Shown here: in pieces, positions 17,748 to 26,368 of the stretch | Numbering within the stretch: position 1 is the first letter of the stretch | How the letters are laid out: each line of letters opens with the position of its first letter | Source of the DNA: Candidatus Micrarchaeota archaeon | GTDB lineage: Archaea; Iainarchaeota; Iainarchaeia; JAADDC01 | NCBI GenBank assembly: GCA_027046625.1 | Contig: JALTXX010000016.1 | Span: forward strand, 42,202-106,201 | DNA: 64,000 bases | Direction of reading: 5' to 3' | Notes under the pieces: model-generated | Told to the model about the DNA's origin: nothing | The model's input: the letters and a program-made list of their open reading frames with translations, nothing else | Databases searched by the model: none | Made by a program: the position numbers and the translations under genes

Positions 17748-17805
17748 CCTAACGAAAAAAAAACGATGAATAAATACCTTTCGGTTGGGAATTGTTATGT
17801 ATAAT
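17719..17805 (-). promoter_or_regulatory. duplicated promoter/5' unit, copy 2
   Basis: Second copy of 16039-16125. Confidence 0.8.
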
Positions 17806-17808
17806 TAT

Positions 17809-18561
17809 CTATCTTAGGGCTTCCCAGAGGATTTCGTCGTGAGAATACACCTGTATTCCCTTTTCCGTAATAGCTAGAGGATGCACTCTGTTTGAATGTC
17901 TTGTACCTCTCATCTTTCGTATAAAGATTGCCCTGTGGGGCGGTATAAAGTATAGCCTTATCACACCATCTGCTACAAACTCCTCCACTCCAAAGGTGGA
18001 GAACTTCATCCTATCATCCGGAGCTCCTGCTGTAAGAACGGTGGTTACTCCCAACTCCTTTAGCTTATCCAGCAGATAGTACAAGTAAAAATCTACGGAA
18101 GAGGGATCATATGCCCATATACCCTTTGTACTATCTCCTGCAAGTGGAACAGCCCCCAAATATTTTACCAACGCAGTCAGAGAGTCTATGGCAACTCTAA
18201 AGGCTTCAATCTTTGTTACCAGACTTACAATTTCATCCACTTCTTTTCTCCAGTTTTCTCTAAACTGGCGAGGGGAGGATACCCTTACTCTGAAGATCTT
18301 CATGGCATTGGCAACAGAAGTATAATCCCACTTGAAGTTCTGCAGGTTCCACGTGATGTTGGAGGCTGGCTCCTCCAGCGTTATAAACACACCGGGCTCT
18401 TGATAGAGGGACGCTCCTGCGTAGATATATTGCAGTGCAAAGATAGTTTTACCTGTACCCGGACCGCCAACCACCAGAATATTGGAGTTGCGGGGGAACC
18501 CCCCAGATATGAGGTCATCCAAACCTGGGATGCCTGTCTGTACTCTCTCCACGCTATCCAT
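17809..18561 (-). CDS. KaiC/RAD55-family RecA-superfamily ATPase (single domain)
   Basis: TGIPGLD, GGPGTGKT, IDSL, ADGVI, KMRGTRH. Confidence 0.9.
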   Translation of the reverse strand: MDSVERVQTGIPGLDDLISGGFPRNSNILVVGGPGTGKTIFALQYIYAGASLYQEPGVFITLEEPASNITWNLQNFKWDYTSVANAMKIFRVRVSSPRQFRENWRKEVDEIVSLVTKIEAFRVAIDSLTALVKYLGAVPLAGDSTKGIWAYDPSSVDFYLYYLLDKLKELGVTTVLTAGAPDDRMKFSTFGVEEFVADGVIRLYFIPPHRAIFIRKMRGTRHSNRVHPLAITEKGIQVYSHDEILWEALR

Positions 18562-18603
18562 TATAGGGAGGAGGTTTATATAGGTTGGTGTAATTAGTCT
18601 TGA

Positions 18604-19260
18604 GTGGAAGAGGGTAAAATTGTGGAACTGGTAAGGGTGCCAGAGTGGAAGAGTATGTTGTATGAATTGGTGGATAAAGGGGAAATTGACCCCTGGAATG
18701 TAGACATTGTAAGGCTAACAAGCATATTCATAGAGGAAATCAGACAAATGAAGTCAAAAGATCTTTATATACCCGCTAATGTGGTACTAGCAGCTTCCAT
18801 CCTCTTATACCTTAAGTCCTCCATACTGAGGGAAGAAAAAGAGGAGAGAGATACGGAGGTAGTGGAAGATATAGTGCTTCCAGAACCAGAAGATGTACCC
18901 CCTCCGACAGAGGAGGTGGTGGCTCCCCTGAGGCTAACGAGGCGAAAGGTATCCCTGGAGGAGCTCATGAATGTTATGGAGAAACTCATGAAGAAAACTC
19001 CCAAAAAGGAGCCCTATAAACCCCCTGAGGTGGAGGAGGTATTTGCCCTACCTGATGAGGGCGAGGAGGTAGATCTTTACATAGAAGAAGTTTATAGGAA
19101 GGTAAGGAACGCAGAAGTTGTGTATCTGAGAGAGTTATACAATGATACAGAGGAGTTTGTGAGGGTACTATTGGCATTGCTCTACCTTGCGACGGAGGGA
19201 AAGGTAGAACTCATCCAGGAGGAGATTTTTGGGGAGGTACTGGTAAAGGTGGTATCATGA
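18604..19260 (+). CDS. scpA: segregation and condensation protein A
   Basis: IDPWNVDI...AASILLYLKS; C-terminal LLYL...QEEIFGE. Confidence 0.9.
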   Translation: MEEGKIVELVRVPEWKSMLYELVDKGEIDPWNVDIVRLTSIFIEEIRQMKSKDLYIPANVVLAASILLYLKSSILREEKEERDTEVVEDIVLPEPEDVPPPTEEVVAPLRLTRRKVSLEELMNVMEKLMKKTPKKEPYKPPEVEEVFALPDEGEEVDLYIEEVYRKVRNAEVVYLRELYNDTEEFVRVLLALLYLATEGKVELIQEEIFGEVLVKVVS

Positions 19261-19685
19261 TAAATGAGCTGGAAGCTATCCTATTTATCTCTCCTCGTCC
19301 CTTAACCATAAAGGAGCTATCTCAGATGTTAGACACCACCCCACACGAGATAGAAGAACTCTTAAAGGAGTTGGAAAAGAGGTATGCCCCTACTTCCATA
19401 GAGATAAAGAAATATGGTGATGGTATAAGGATGGAGCTAAAGAAGGAGTACGCACACTTTGTAAACAAATTCAACCTCCTCCCCGAGTTCAGCAAGGGAG
19501 AGCTGAAGGCTATCGCGCTTCTCATGAAGGAAGGAGAAGTATCCATGTCTAAGCTGAGGAAAGTATACAAAAATGCAAAGGAGTTGGTGGAAAAGCTTAG
19601 AAATTATGGGTTTGTGGTGATGAAAAGGGAAGGGAGGTATATAAAGATCCGTAAAACGAAAATCATGGACACCTACTTCAAATGA
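19257..19685 (+). CDS. scpB: segregation and condensation protein B (short)
   Basis: LEAILFISPRPL winged helix; coupled to scpA. Confidence 0.8.
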   Translation: MINELEAILFISPRPLTIKELSQMLDTTPHEIEELLKELEKRYAPTSIEIKKYGDGIRMELKKEYAHFVNKFNLLPEFSKGELKAIALLMKEGEVSMSKLRKVYKNAKELVEKLRNYGFVVMKREGRYIKIRKTKIMDTYFK

Positions 19686-20077
19686 ATGTGCTGCTCTCCC
19701 TGCCCTTCACCTTTCTTTAGAACGATTTCCAATATTCCATTCCTCTCTTCTACACTCTCCGGTGATGGAAGAACAGTGGATGGTAGCTTGATATATCTCT
19801 CCCCCTTTGGAGTTTCTACAAGAATGTGATCCGTTCTTATGGAAATTTTGCCTTTCTTAATGTTTCTCCTGTCCACCGTTACCACAATCTCATTTCCAGC
19901 ATCCACAACCTCGTATGGTACATATATCTTTCTCTTCCTTGGTTTTATGGGGTCAATATGCACATTCCCCTCGGGATCTATGCTGATCTTTACTCCTACA
20001 GCTCCAGAACTGAAGGCGCTCATCATCCTGTTAAACACGCTGTAGAAGTACTTTTCCAGATCTTCATCCCTGTCCAT
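19673..20077 (-). CDS. Hsp20/alpha-crystallin-like small heat-shock protein
   Basis: IKLP...RNGILEIVLKK motif. Confidence 0.7.
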   Translation of the reverse strand: MDRDEDLEKYFYSVFNRMMSAFSSGAVGVKISIDPEGNVHIDPIKPRKRKIYVPYEVVDAGNEIVVTVDRRNIKKGKISIRTDHILVETPKGERYIKLPSTVLPSPESVEERNGILEIVLKKGEGQGEQHIHLK

Positions 20078-20110
20078 CGATACTAAATAGAACGAAGCAT
20101 TTAAAACCAT

Positions 20111-20752
20111 CTATGGGAGAAAGTCCTCAAGGGAGGACTGGGAAAGCTTTTTATTTATTGTTCTAATTGTTTTCCAGCTTCTTCTCACAAAGGTAGGCAC
20201 CCTCCCCATATCCTTTATCCACCGCTCCACGAAGGAAACTGTTTCACTATCGTGAGGGTAGCCGGATCCCACCCTTCCGTATACAGCCTCGATTCCCCTG
20301 ATAATCCTGTCTCTTACCACCTTTGCTACTATAGAAGCAGCTGACACCACCGGATATATCCTATCAGCCCTGTGGGACGCTACAACATTCTTTCCGGTTT
20401 TCTCCCTTAGCATCTTTTCGAACCTGTTCGTATCCACATCGGGTGCGTCTACGTATATAATATCCGCTTTCGAGCGGGAGATAAGCCCAGACATAACCTC
20501 CATTTCAAGCCTATTTAAACCTCTAACACTTACGTATTCATCTATTACAAAGGGTTCTACCCTTTCCACTAACACTCTCTTCGAAATGTCAAGAATTTGG
20601 TTGTAAAGCTCCTCTCTCTCCTTGTGATCTAAAAGCTTAGAGTCTTTTACCCCGATCTCCTTCAAAAGATTTTCATCCTCCACCTCAACTAGCGCCACAA
20701 CGAGAGGCCCTACGAGGGGTCCTCTTCCAGCCTCATCTACCCCTGCAATCAC
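20111..20752 (-). CDS. rnhB: ribonuclease HII
   Basis: AGVDEAGRGP, KDSK, SAASIVAKV, GSGYP; C-terminal PIP box QSSLEDFL; start GTG 20752 or ATG 20770. Confidence 0.95.
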   Translation of the reverse strand: MIAGVDEAGRGPLVGPLVVALVEVEDENLLKEIGVKDSKLLDHKEREELYNQILDISKRVLVERVEPFVIDEYVSVRGLNRLEMEVMSGLISRSKADIIYVDAPDVDTNRFEKMLREKTGKNVVASHRADRIYPVVSAASIVAKVVRDRIIRGIEAVYGRVGSGYPHDSETVSFVERWIKDMGRVPTFVRRSWKTIRTINKKLSQSSLEDFLP

Positions 20753-20805
20753 ATAGGAATAATGGAGCATGTATTTTAAACAACAATACATACTCTTTTC
20801 TATAC

Positions 20806-21258
20806 ATGGAAAACATCCCACACTTTTGCCTAAAGGGCATAGACGAAGAGGGAAGAGAAATAGAGCTATGTGACAAGGATCTAAAGGGGTGGAGCGTAAT
20901 ATACTTTTACCCCAAGGACAATACACAGGGATGCACCATAGAGGCAAAGGAGTTTTCTTCCCTGAGGGAAGAGTTTGACAGATTAGGAGTTAGAATTATA
21001 GGAATAAGCAAGGATAGTGTGGAAAGCCACAAAAAATTCAGGGAAAAGCATAATCTTAGAATTGTGCTGCTGTCCGATCCCTCTACGGAAGTTATAAGAA
21101 AGTTTGGAGCATGGGGTAAGAGGTTTGGAAGAGAGACTACCATCCGTTCCACCTTTATTGTGGATCCAGAGGGTAACATTAGGTGGAAGAAGATTGGCGT
21201 AAAAGCAAAAGGACACGCAAAGGAGGTACTGGACATTCTAAGGGAGTTGATAAGATGA
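20806..21258 (+). CDS. bcp: peroxiredoxin (Bcp/PrxQ)
   Basis: YFYPKDNTQGCTIEA, RSTFIVD. Confidence 0.92.
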   Translation: MENIPHFCLKGIDEEGREIELCDKDLKGWSVIYFYPKDNTQGCTIEAKEFSSLREEFDRLGVRIIGISKDSVESHKKFREKHNLRIVLLSDPSTEVIRKFGAWGKRFGRETTIRSTFIVDPEGNIRWKKIGVKAKGHAKEVLDILRELIR

Positions 21259-21416
21259 TACTCCACTGCAGGAAGTGTGGACTACATTATAGAAGCATCT
21301 TGTGGACCATTCTTTGCAACGTGTGGTGCACTTTCCACACTAGCTGCAACCTTAAAATAATACAACACTCAATTGAATACAGTGAAAAAGGTCCCAATCA
21401 TTGGAGGATTGGGTAG
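21255..21416 (+). CDS. small Cys/His-rich protein (53 aa)
   Basis: MILHCRKCGLHY...CNVWCTFHTSCNLKIIQHS; ATGA overlap with the bcp stop. Confidence 0.6.
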   Translation: MILHCRKCGLHYRSILWTILCNVWCTFHTSCNLKIIQHSIEYSEKGPNHWRIG

Positions 21417-21618
21417 CACAGCTTTTGGGACGATAACAGCCTTATCTCCATCGTTTTGCTGCAATCCCATAGTTTTATCTCTGTTAGGAGCTAATGCAAT
21501 CACGCTAGCCTCTATTCTAAAACCTTTGGTGCCATTTTGGCCAACATTTGTTTTGTTAGGTGTTCTTTTGGTGGGATATGGGATCTGGAAGGGAAGAGAG
21601 AAGAAGTGTAAGTGCTAA
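21382..21618 (+). CDS. MerT-like small membrane metal transporter
   Basis: TM helix with SFCC pair, second TM, C-terminal KKCKC. Confidence 0.55.
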   Translation: MKKVPIIGGLGSTAFGTITALSPSFCCNPIVLSLLGANAITLASILKPLVPFWPTFVLLGVLLVGYGIWKGREKKCKC

Positions 21619-21653
21619 TACCTTTTAGAACCTTATGGGGAACAACTCTCAAC

Positions 21654-21911
21654 ATGAGAGGTGTGGTGGTATCCTACAGGAGGGGCAGACACACAACGAG
21701 AACCAACCAAGTAATCATTGAGATACCCGGTGTGAAGAATAGAAAGGAAGCCTCCAAATTTATAGGAAAGAAGGTAGAGTGGGTAACACCTGGTGGCAGA
21801 AAACTAAAAGGAGTGATCACCTCTCCACATGGCAACAGGGGCAGAGTAAGAGCCCGATTCACAAAGGGAGTGCCTGGTCAGATATTGGGTGAAAAGGTAG
21901 ATATACTATGA
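21654..21911 (+). CDS. rpl35ae: 50S ribosomal protein L35Ae
   Basis: SYRRGRHT...HGNRGRVRARF.KGVPGQ. Confidence 0.93.
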   Translation: MRGVVVSYRRGRHTTRTNQVIIEIPGVKNRKEASKFIGKKVEWVTPGGRKLKGVITSPHGNRGRVRARFTKGVPGQILGEKVDIL

Positions 21912-22885
21912 TAAAAGAGGGAAAGGCAACTATCCTTACAGATAACACTTTCTACAACCCACATGCCAGAGTTCCAAGGGATATATCTGTGTTATTCCTT
22001 TCCGTTATGGAAGTGAGGCACGTATTGGATGCTATGGCAGCCACTGGTATTAGAGGGATTAGATACGCTCTAGAAGCTAGAAAGGAGGTTACCTTCAACG
22101 ATATAGATCCCCATGCTGTGAACACCATAAGGAAAAACCTTGAGCTGAACGGTGTTTCAGGAGAGGTATTAAATGAGGATGTTAACCTTCTCCTCTATGA
22201 GAAGAAGTTTCAGGCCATAGATCTGGACCCATTTGGTAGTCCAGCCCCATTTCTACATTCTCTTTCCCGCTCCATAACCCATAAAGGTGTTATCATGGTA
22301 ACAGCAACAGACACCGCTCCCCTATCTGGAAGTTCTCCCCTTTCTTCAAGGAAGAAATACCACACTGTTACCAAAAAGGTTGAGTGGTACAGGGAGCTTG
22401 CCATACGGGTGCTTATAGGATATATACAACACTCTCTATCCCTCTATGAGAAAACATTTGAGCCTATGGTTAGCTTCTTCTACAAACACCATGTAAGGGT
22501 AATGGGAACGGTAAGAAGAACACCCTCCCTTGTGACGAGAAACGCAAAACTAATAAGTCTGTACAACGGTATTGGACCGATTTGGATGGGTCCTATAAAG
22601 AATAATACTATTGTGGAACGAATGTTGAAGAATGCTACAGAGTATATCGTCCCAGAAAGTATAAAGCTCCTTAAAACGCTGTATCAGGAGATAGATACAA
22701 TAGGCTATTACAACCTTCATACCCTCTCGAGCACCCTCTCCATCTCACCACCTCCCTTGGAGGAGGTACTGGAGCTTCTAAGGAAGAAAGGCTTTGAGGC
22801 CTCCCGATCCCACGCTGAACCCCTTGGCATAAAAACAGATGCACCCATAGAAGAAGTGAAGGAGGTGTTACTACGTCTCTCCTGA
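21908..22885 (+). CDS. trm1: tRNA (guanine-26-N2)-dimethyltransferase
   Basis: FYNP..RDIS, AATGIRGIRY, IDLDPFGSP, VTATD. Confidence 0.92.
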   Translation: MIKEGKATILTDNTFYNPHARVPRDISVLFLSVMEVRHVLDAMAATGIRGIRYALEARKEVTFNDIDPHAVNTIRKNLELNGVSGEVLNEDVNLLLYEKKFQAIDLDPFGSPAPFLHSLSRSITHKGVIMVTATDTAPLSGSSPLSSRKKYHTVTKKVEWYRELAIRVLIGYIQHSLSLYEKTFEPMVSFFYKHHVRVMGTVRRTPSLVTRNAKLISLYNGIGPIWMGPIKNNTIVERMLKNATEYIVPESIKLLKTLYQEIDTIGYYNLHTLSSTLSISPPPLEEVLELLRKKGFEASRSHAEPLGIKTDAPIEEVKEVLLRLS

Positions 22886-22908
22886 AGCATGAGACGAAGA
22901 GATACGCA

Positions 22909-23436
22909 TTGAAACGCTTTCTTATGGTATTCTTCATTGTACTGCTCTACTTTCTTTATGTATCGTTCCACTTTGGGTGGAAATATGGTATTGTTATAAC
23001 CCTTCTTACTTGGAGCTTCTTTGTTTTATGCACCCCTATAGCGGATGCCGGCCTACTTCTTGATTTTCCCCTGAGAGTGTTGTTAGGCATAAGAATGATA
23101 AAAAGCGAGATGGCCGTGTGGGCCTTCGCTATCACACTGAACATCTTCTTTCTAACCTTTAACCCTGAGGTGTACAATACCACGGTTCTCCTTCAACTCT
23201 TCTACCACATTCTCACAACCCCCTCCTACTGGATTATTATCGTTCTTTCAGCCATAGGGACTTTCCTTTCCATACACTTTGGTGACGAGCTGCTTGACGT
23301 TATCTTCCACAGGGATAGGATAAAGTACTTCACACACAAGGAGCTCTATGAGCTCATTGTATTCCTAACAATTATTCTTCTTGTGATTGCACTTTACGAG
23401 ATGGTTCTTGATCAGCTTGGTATAAGGATTCTATAA
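22909..23436 (+). CDS. conserved-type hypothetical membrane protein
   Basis: Multiple TMs; TWSFFVLCTPIADAG motif. Confidence 0.65.
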   Translation: MKRFLMVFFIVLLYFLYVSFHFGWKYGIVITLLTWSFFVLCTPIADAGLLLDFPLRVLLGIRMIKSEMAVWAFAITLNIFFLTFNPEVYNTTVLLQLFYHILTTPSYWIIIVLSAIGTFLSIHFGDELLDVIFHRDRIKYFTHKELYELIVFLTIILLVIALYEMVLDQLGIRIL

Positions 23437-23833
23437 CCTTTACCCATTCCCTAATCTTGTTCACATCCCTGCTCCTCTTCGAGAACCTGCTCCTATCAAA
23501 GTCTATAAACACGATCTTCCCCCTCCAGATCCCGATGTGTCTCTCTGGATGTCTAAGCTCTCTATGTTCTATTCCAATGCTTGATAGTTGTTTCACAGCC
23601 CTTATAATATCGGGTACAAGCCTTAGCTTACACTCAGGGGGGAGTTCATGAAGAAGTGTTACTCTTGGCCTAATAAGGAAAAAAGGAATCCATAGATGAG
23701 GTACAGAGAGACCATGAAGAAAGGCCCTCCATCCTATTAAAAATTCCTTGAATCCCCTCTTCACATTCCAGGAAAACTTTATCACTACTGGGCCAACAAA
23801 GGTAACGTTCCTCGCATTTCTCTTTATGAGCAA
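23372..23833 (-). CDS. short archaeal Ser/Thr protein kinase-like protein
   Basis: VVIK, GIEHRELRHPERHI catalytic-loop variant, IDFDRS. Confidence 0.55.
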   Translation of the reverse strand: MLIKRNARNVTFVGPVVIKFSWNVKRGFKEFLIGWRAFLHGLSVPHLWIPFFLIRPRVTLLHELPPECKLRLVPDIIRAVKQLSSIGIEHRELRHPERHIGIWRGKIVFIDFDRSRFSKRSRDVNKIREWVKVIESLYQADQEPSRKVQSQEE

Positions 23834-23835
23834 AG

Positions 23836-23910
23836 GGTCGGGGCCGGGATTTGAACCCGGGTCTCGGGATCCACAGTCCCACGTGCTAGCCAGGCTACAC
23901 CACCCCGACC
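23836..23910 (-). tRNA. tRNA-His(GTG) with genomic G-1
   Basis: G-GTCGGGG...TGGGA-CTGTGGA-TCCCG...CCCCGAC-C. Confidence 0.96.
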
Positions 23911-23938
23911 GCCCATGCTTAGATGGTAGGATAAAGTA

Positions 23939-24871
23939 TTAAACCTCTATCCTCTTCACGGGTACCATCTTACCTACATTAAACCCGTGTATGGTTACCT
24001 TTCCGAGCTTTTTCACCTTTCCCCTTATCTCCTTTATAGCATGCCTTATCTCCTTGTCATCGGTGCCTGTAACCACAAGATGATAAGTGTAAGGTATGCT
24101 AGTCCTTTCTAGCAATTCTAGCACCCTTTTATGGCTTTTTATCTTTTCGTCCATCCGCTTGTGAAACTTCTCGTAACTTTCTCCCAGAGACTTTATCTCA
24201 TAGATATTAAGTCTATCTCCCACAAATATGGTATCAAACTCAGAGTTTACCATCTTTCCATCCTCTGTTTGAGGCCTATGGATTAGCACATTTCTGAGCG
24301 GATACCCGCCCCCGTACATGCTATTGTGCATGAGCGCGTATATACTACCTAGTGTTTCGTGGACAGAGTTAGATGCGAGATGGGGGTGCTGGAGGATTAC
24401 TTCCCTGTGTTTCTCTATGAGTTTTACATCTTGATCATTAAAAATAAAGAAAGAGAGGGGTATCGGCTTCCTCTTAATAGTATAGACGTTTTTGTTACCC
24501 TCCATTTTATAGTTTAGGTGCGGTATGTGTACGCAAAAGGTGGGAGCACCCCTCCTCACTATGGAGGCCAGGTAACACATCTTAATCCTTTCCGGTGGTT
24601 TCTCTGACACTTCGTGTGTCTTTTGGTTAAAATATGACATAAATCTAAGGGGGTGAAGTATGCCCCATCCTGTAGCATCTTCTTTCAACGCTCTTTTGGC
24701 TTCATCCTTGTATAGTTGAACATATACTATGTATGTGTTGTTTTTTCTGTTTGCATGGGCAGCAGCAACATCTAAGTATTGTGTTAACTGTCTAGCATCT
24801 TTCTTAACAGCACGAAAAATATTCTTTGCATAGGCTGACACCTTATACAATCGGAAGGATACACCCACCAT
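23939..24871 (-). CDS. hypothetical protein with C-terminal PD-(D/E)xK nuclease-like motif
   Basis: EFDTIFV...IYEIKS. Confidence 0.5.
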   Translation of the reverse strand: MVGVSFRLYKVSAYAKNIFRAVKKDARQLTQYLDVAAAHANRKNNTYIVYVQLYKDEAKRALKEDATGWGILHPLRFMSYFNQKTHEVSEKPPERIKMCYLASIVRRGAPTFCVHIPHLNYKMEGNKNVYTIKRKPIPLSFFIFNDQDVKLIEKHREVILQHPHLASNSVHETLGSIYALMHNSMYGGGYPLRNVLIHRPQTEDGKMVNSEFDTIFVGDRLNIYEIKSLGESYEKFHKRMDEKIKSHKRVLELLERTSIPYTYHLVVTGTDDKEIRHAIKEIRGKVKKLGKVTIHGFNVGKMVPVKRIEV

Positions 24872-24905
24872 ATACTAATAAAGGGTTGGTTTCTAAAACC
24901 CTCCT

Positions 24906-25562
24906 ATGAGGGTAGACCTCCACACGCATACGTGGTACTCTCCCGACGGCGTGATGAGTCCACGCACCCTAACCCTTCTTTCTAAGAAGAAAGGAATAGA
25001 TGTGATAGCTATTACAGACCATAACAGACTTACAAGGGTGAAAGATTTGCCTATCCCTGTAATATGGGGAGAGGAGGTATACACAGAGAAAGGAGAAATA
25101 TTGGCCCTCTTTATAGAGGAGGAAATACCCCCCTCTCTGTCTCCAGAAGAAACCATAGATAGGATTAGGGAGCAGGGTGGTATATACATCATACCGCATC
25201 CATTTGATAGGTTTAGGAAGAAATCCGCCCTGCTTTTACATGATTTTATACCACCAAAGGATGCAATCATAGAGGTTTTGAATGCGAGGTATGTGGAAAC
25301 CTCCTTCTACGAGGAAGCCCTCTCCTATGCAAGAGGAAAGTTTCCCATTACTGCCTCTTCTGATGCCCACACTCCTATCGAGGTAGGGAGGGCGTGGACA
25401 GAGGTGCCACCTTTCGATGATCTTGAGGAGCTGAAGAGGCTTTTAATAAAGGGAAAGGGCATACCAAAGGGATCCTTTTCTCCACGATGGGTGCATGTCA
25501 CCGTACCTTTCATAAGGTTCCTTCACTCTGTGGGGGTGCTTCCCCTTGAAAGAGATGTTTGA
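24906..25562 (+). CDS. PHP-domain metal-dependent phosphoesterase
   Basis: DLHTHT..SPDG, ITDHN, PHPF, SSDAH. Confidence 0.9.
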   Translation: MRVDLHTHTWYSPDGVMSPRTLTLLSKKKGIDVIAITDHNRLTRVKDLPIPVIWGEEVYTEKGEILALFIEEEIPPSLSPEETIDRIREQGGIYIIPHPFDRFRKKSALLLHDFIPPKDAIIEVLNARYVETSFYEEALSYARGKFPITASSDAHTPIEVGRAWTEVPPFDDLEELKRLLIKGKGIPKGSFSPRWVHVTVPFIRFLHSVGVLPLERDV

Positions 25563-26358
25563 AGAAAAGATAAGGATGTTTATGCGAAGCCAGCACATGT
25601 ACAAACCAGGAGATAAAATACTAGCAGGAATCTCCGGAGGGAAGGATAGTCTAATGCTGGGATTAGTGATGAAGTACATAGTTGAAAGGGATGATGTAGA
25701 AGCGGAGTTTCTGCACATAAACTTTGGCCAGCCAGGCTCTGAGCTGGTGGAAGCGTATGTAAAGAGATTCTCAAAGGATTTGGGTATTAAACTACATGTA
25801 TATAGGTTTAAGGAGGATTGGGGCGTTGGGTTCCCTGAGATAGCAACCGTATTGAGGAAAAATGCATGCTCCCTTTGTTCTCAGATGCTTAGGTACTATC
25901 TACTCTACTTTGGAAGGGATTACGATGTTGTTGCTACTGCACACAACCTTGACGACATCGTTTCCTTTCTTTTGTACAACGCAGCCACAGGAAATACATC
26001 CTATTCTTCTTCCCTGAAACCTGTGTTGGATACCATAATTGGTGTAAAAAAGGTGAAGCCTTTCTACTACGTTCCAGAGGAGCGGTTAGCAGATGAAGCA
26101 AAGAAAAGGGGTATCACTCCTGTTCCCACGGGCTGTCCCTCAGAGGATGAAGCCCCTACAGTAAGGATAAGAAGATTTCTAAAGGAAATGGAAAGAGAGG
26201 TTCCGGGGTTCAGAAAGAATCTGCTTAGAACTCTTATAAGAATAGGAACACCAACAGATTCAGCACCTAATAAATGTGAAAGATGTGGCATGCCTTCCTA
26301 TGGAAGGATATGCTCCGTGTGCAGGATGAGGGATCGCATTAAAAAGATTGTTTCTTAA
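25546..26358 (+). CDS. TtuA/Ncs6-type tRNA thiolation ATP pyrophosphatase
   Basis: SGGKDS PP-loop, CSLC, TAHNLDD, CP, C-terminal CxxC...CxxC. Confidence 0.85.
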   Translation: MKEMFEEKIRMFMRSQHMYKPGDKILAGISGGKDSLMLGLVMKYIVERDDVEAEFLHINFGQPGSELVEAYVKRFSKDLGIKLHVYRFKEDWGVGFPEIATVLRKNACSLCSQMLRYYLLYFGRDYDVVATAHNLDDIVSFLLYNAATGNTSYSSSLKPVLDTIIGVKKVKPFYYVPEERLADEAKKRGITPVPTGCPSEDEAPTVRIRRFLKEMEREVPGFRKNLLRTLIRIGTPTDSAPNKCERCGMPSYGRICSVCRMRDRIKKIVS

Positions 26359-26368
26359 CATTGTTAAC

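Noticed and set aside
14780-17805. Integrated virus or plasmid at tRNA-Ser
   Set aside because: No integrase, replication or capsid genes, and no duplicated tRNA 3' end (att site) was seen.
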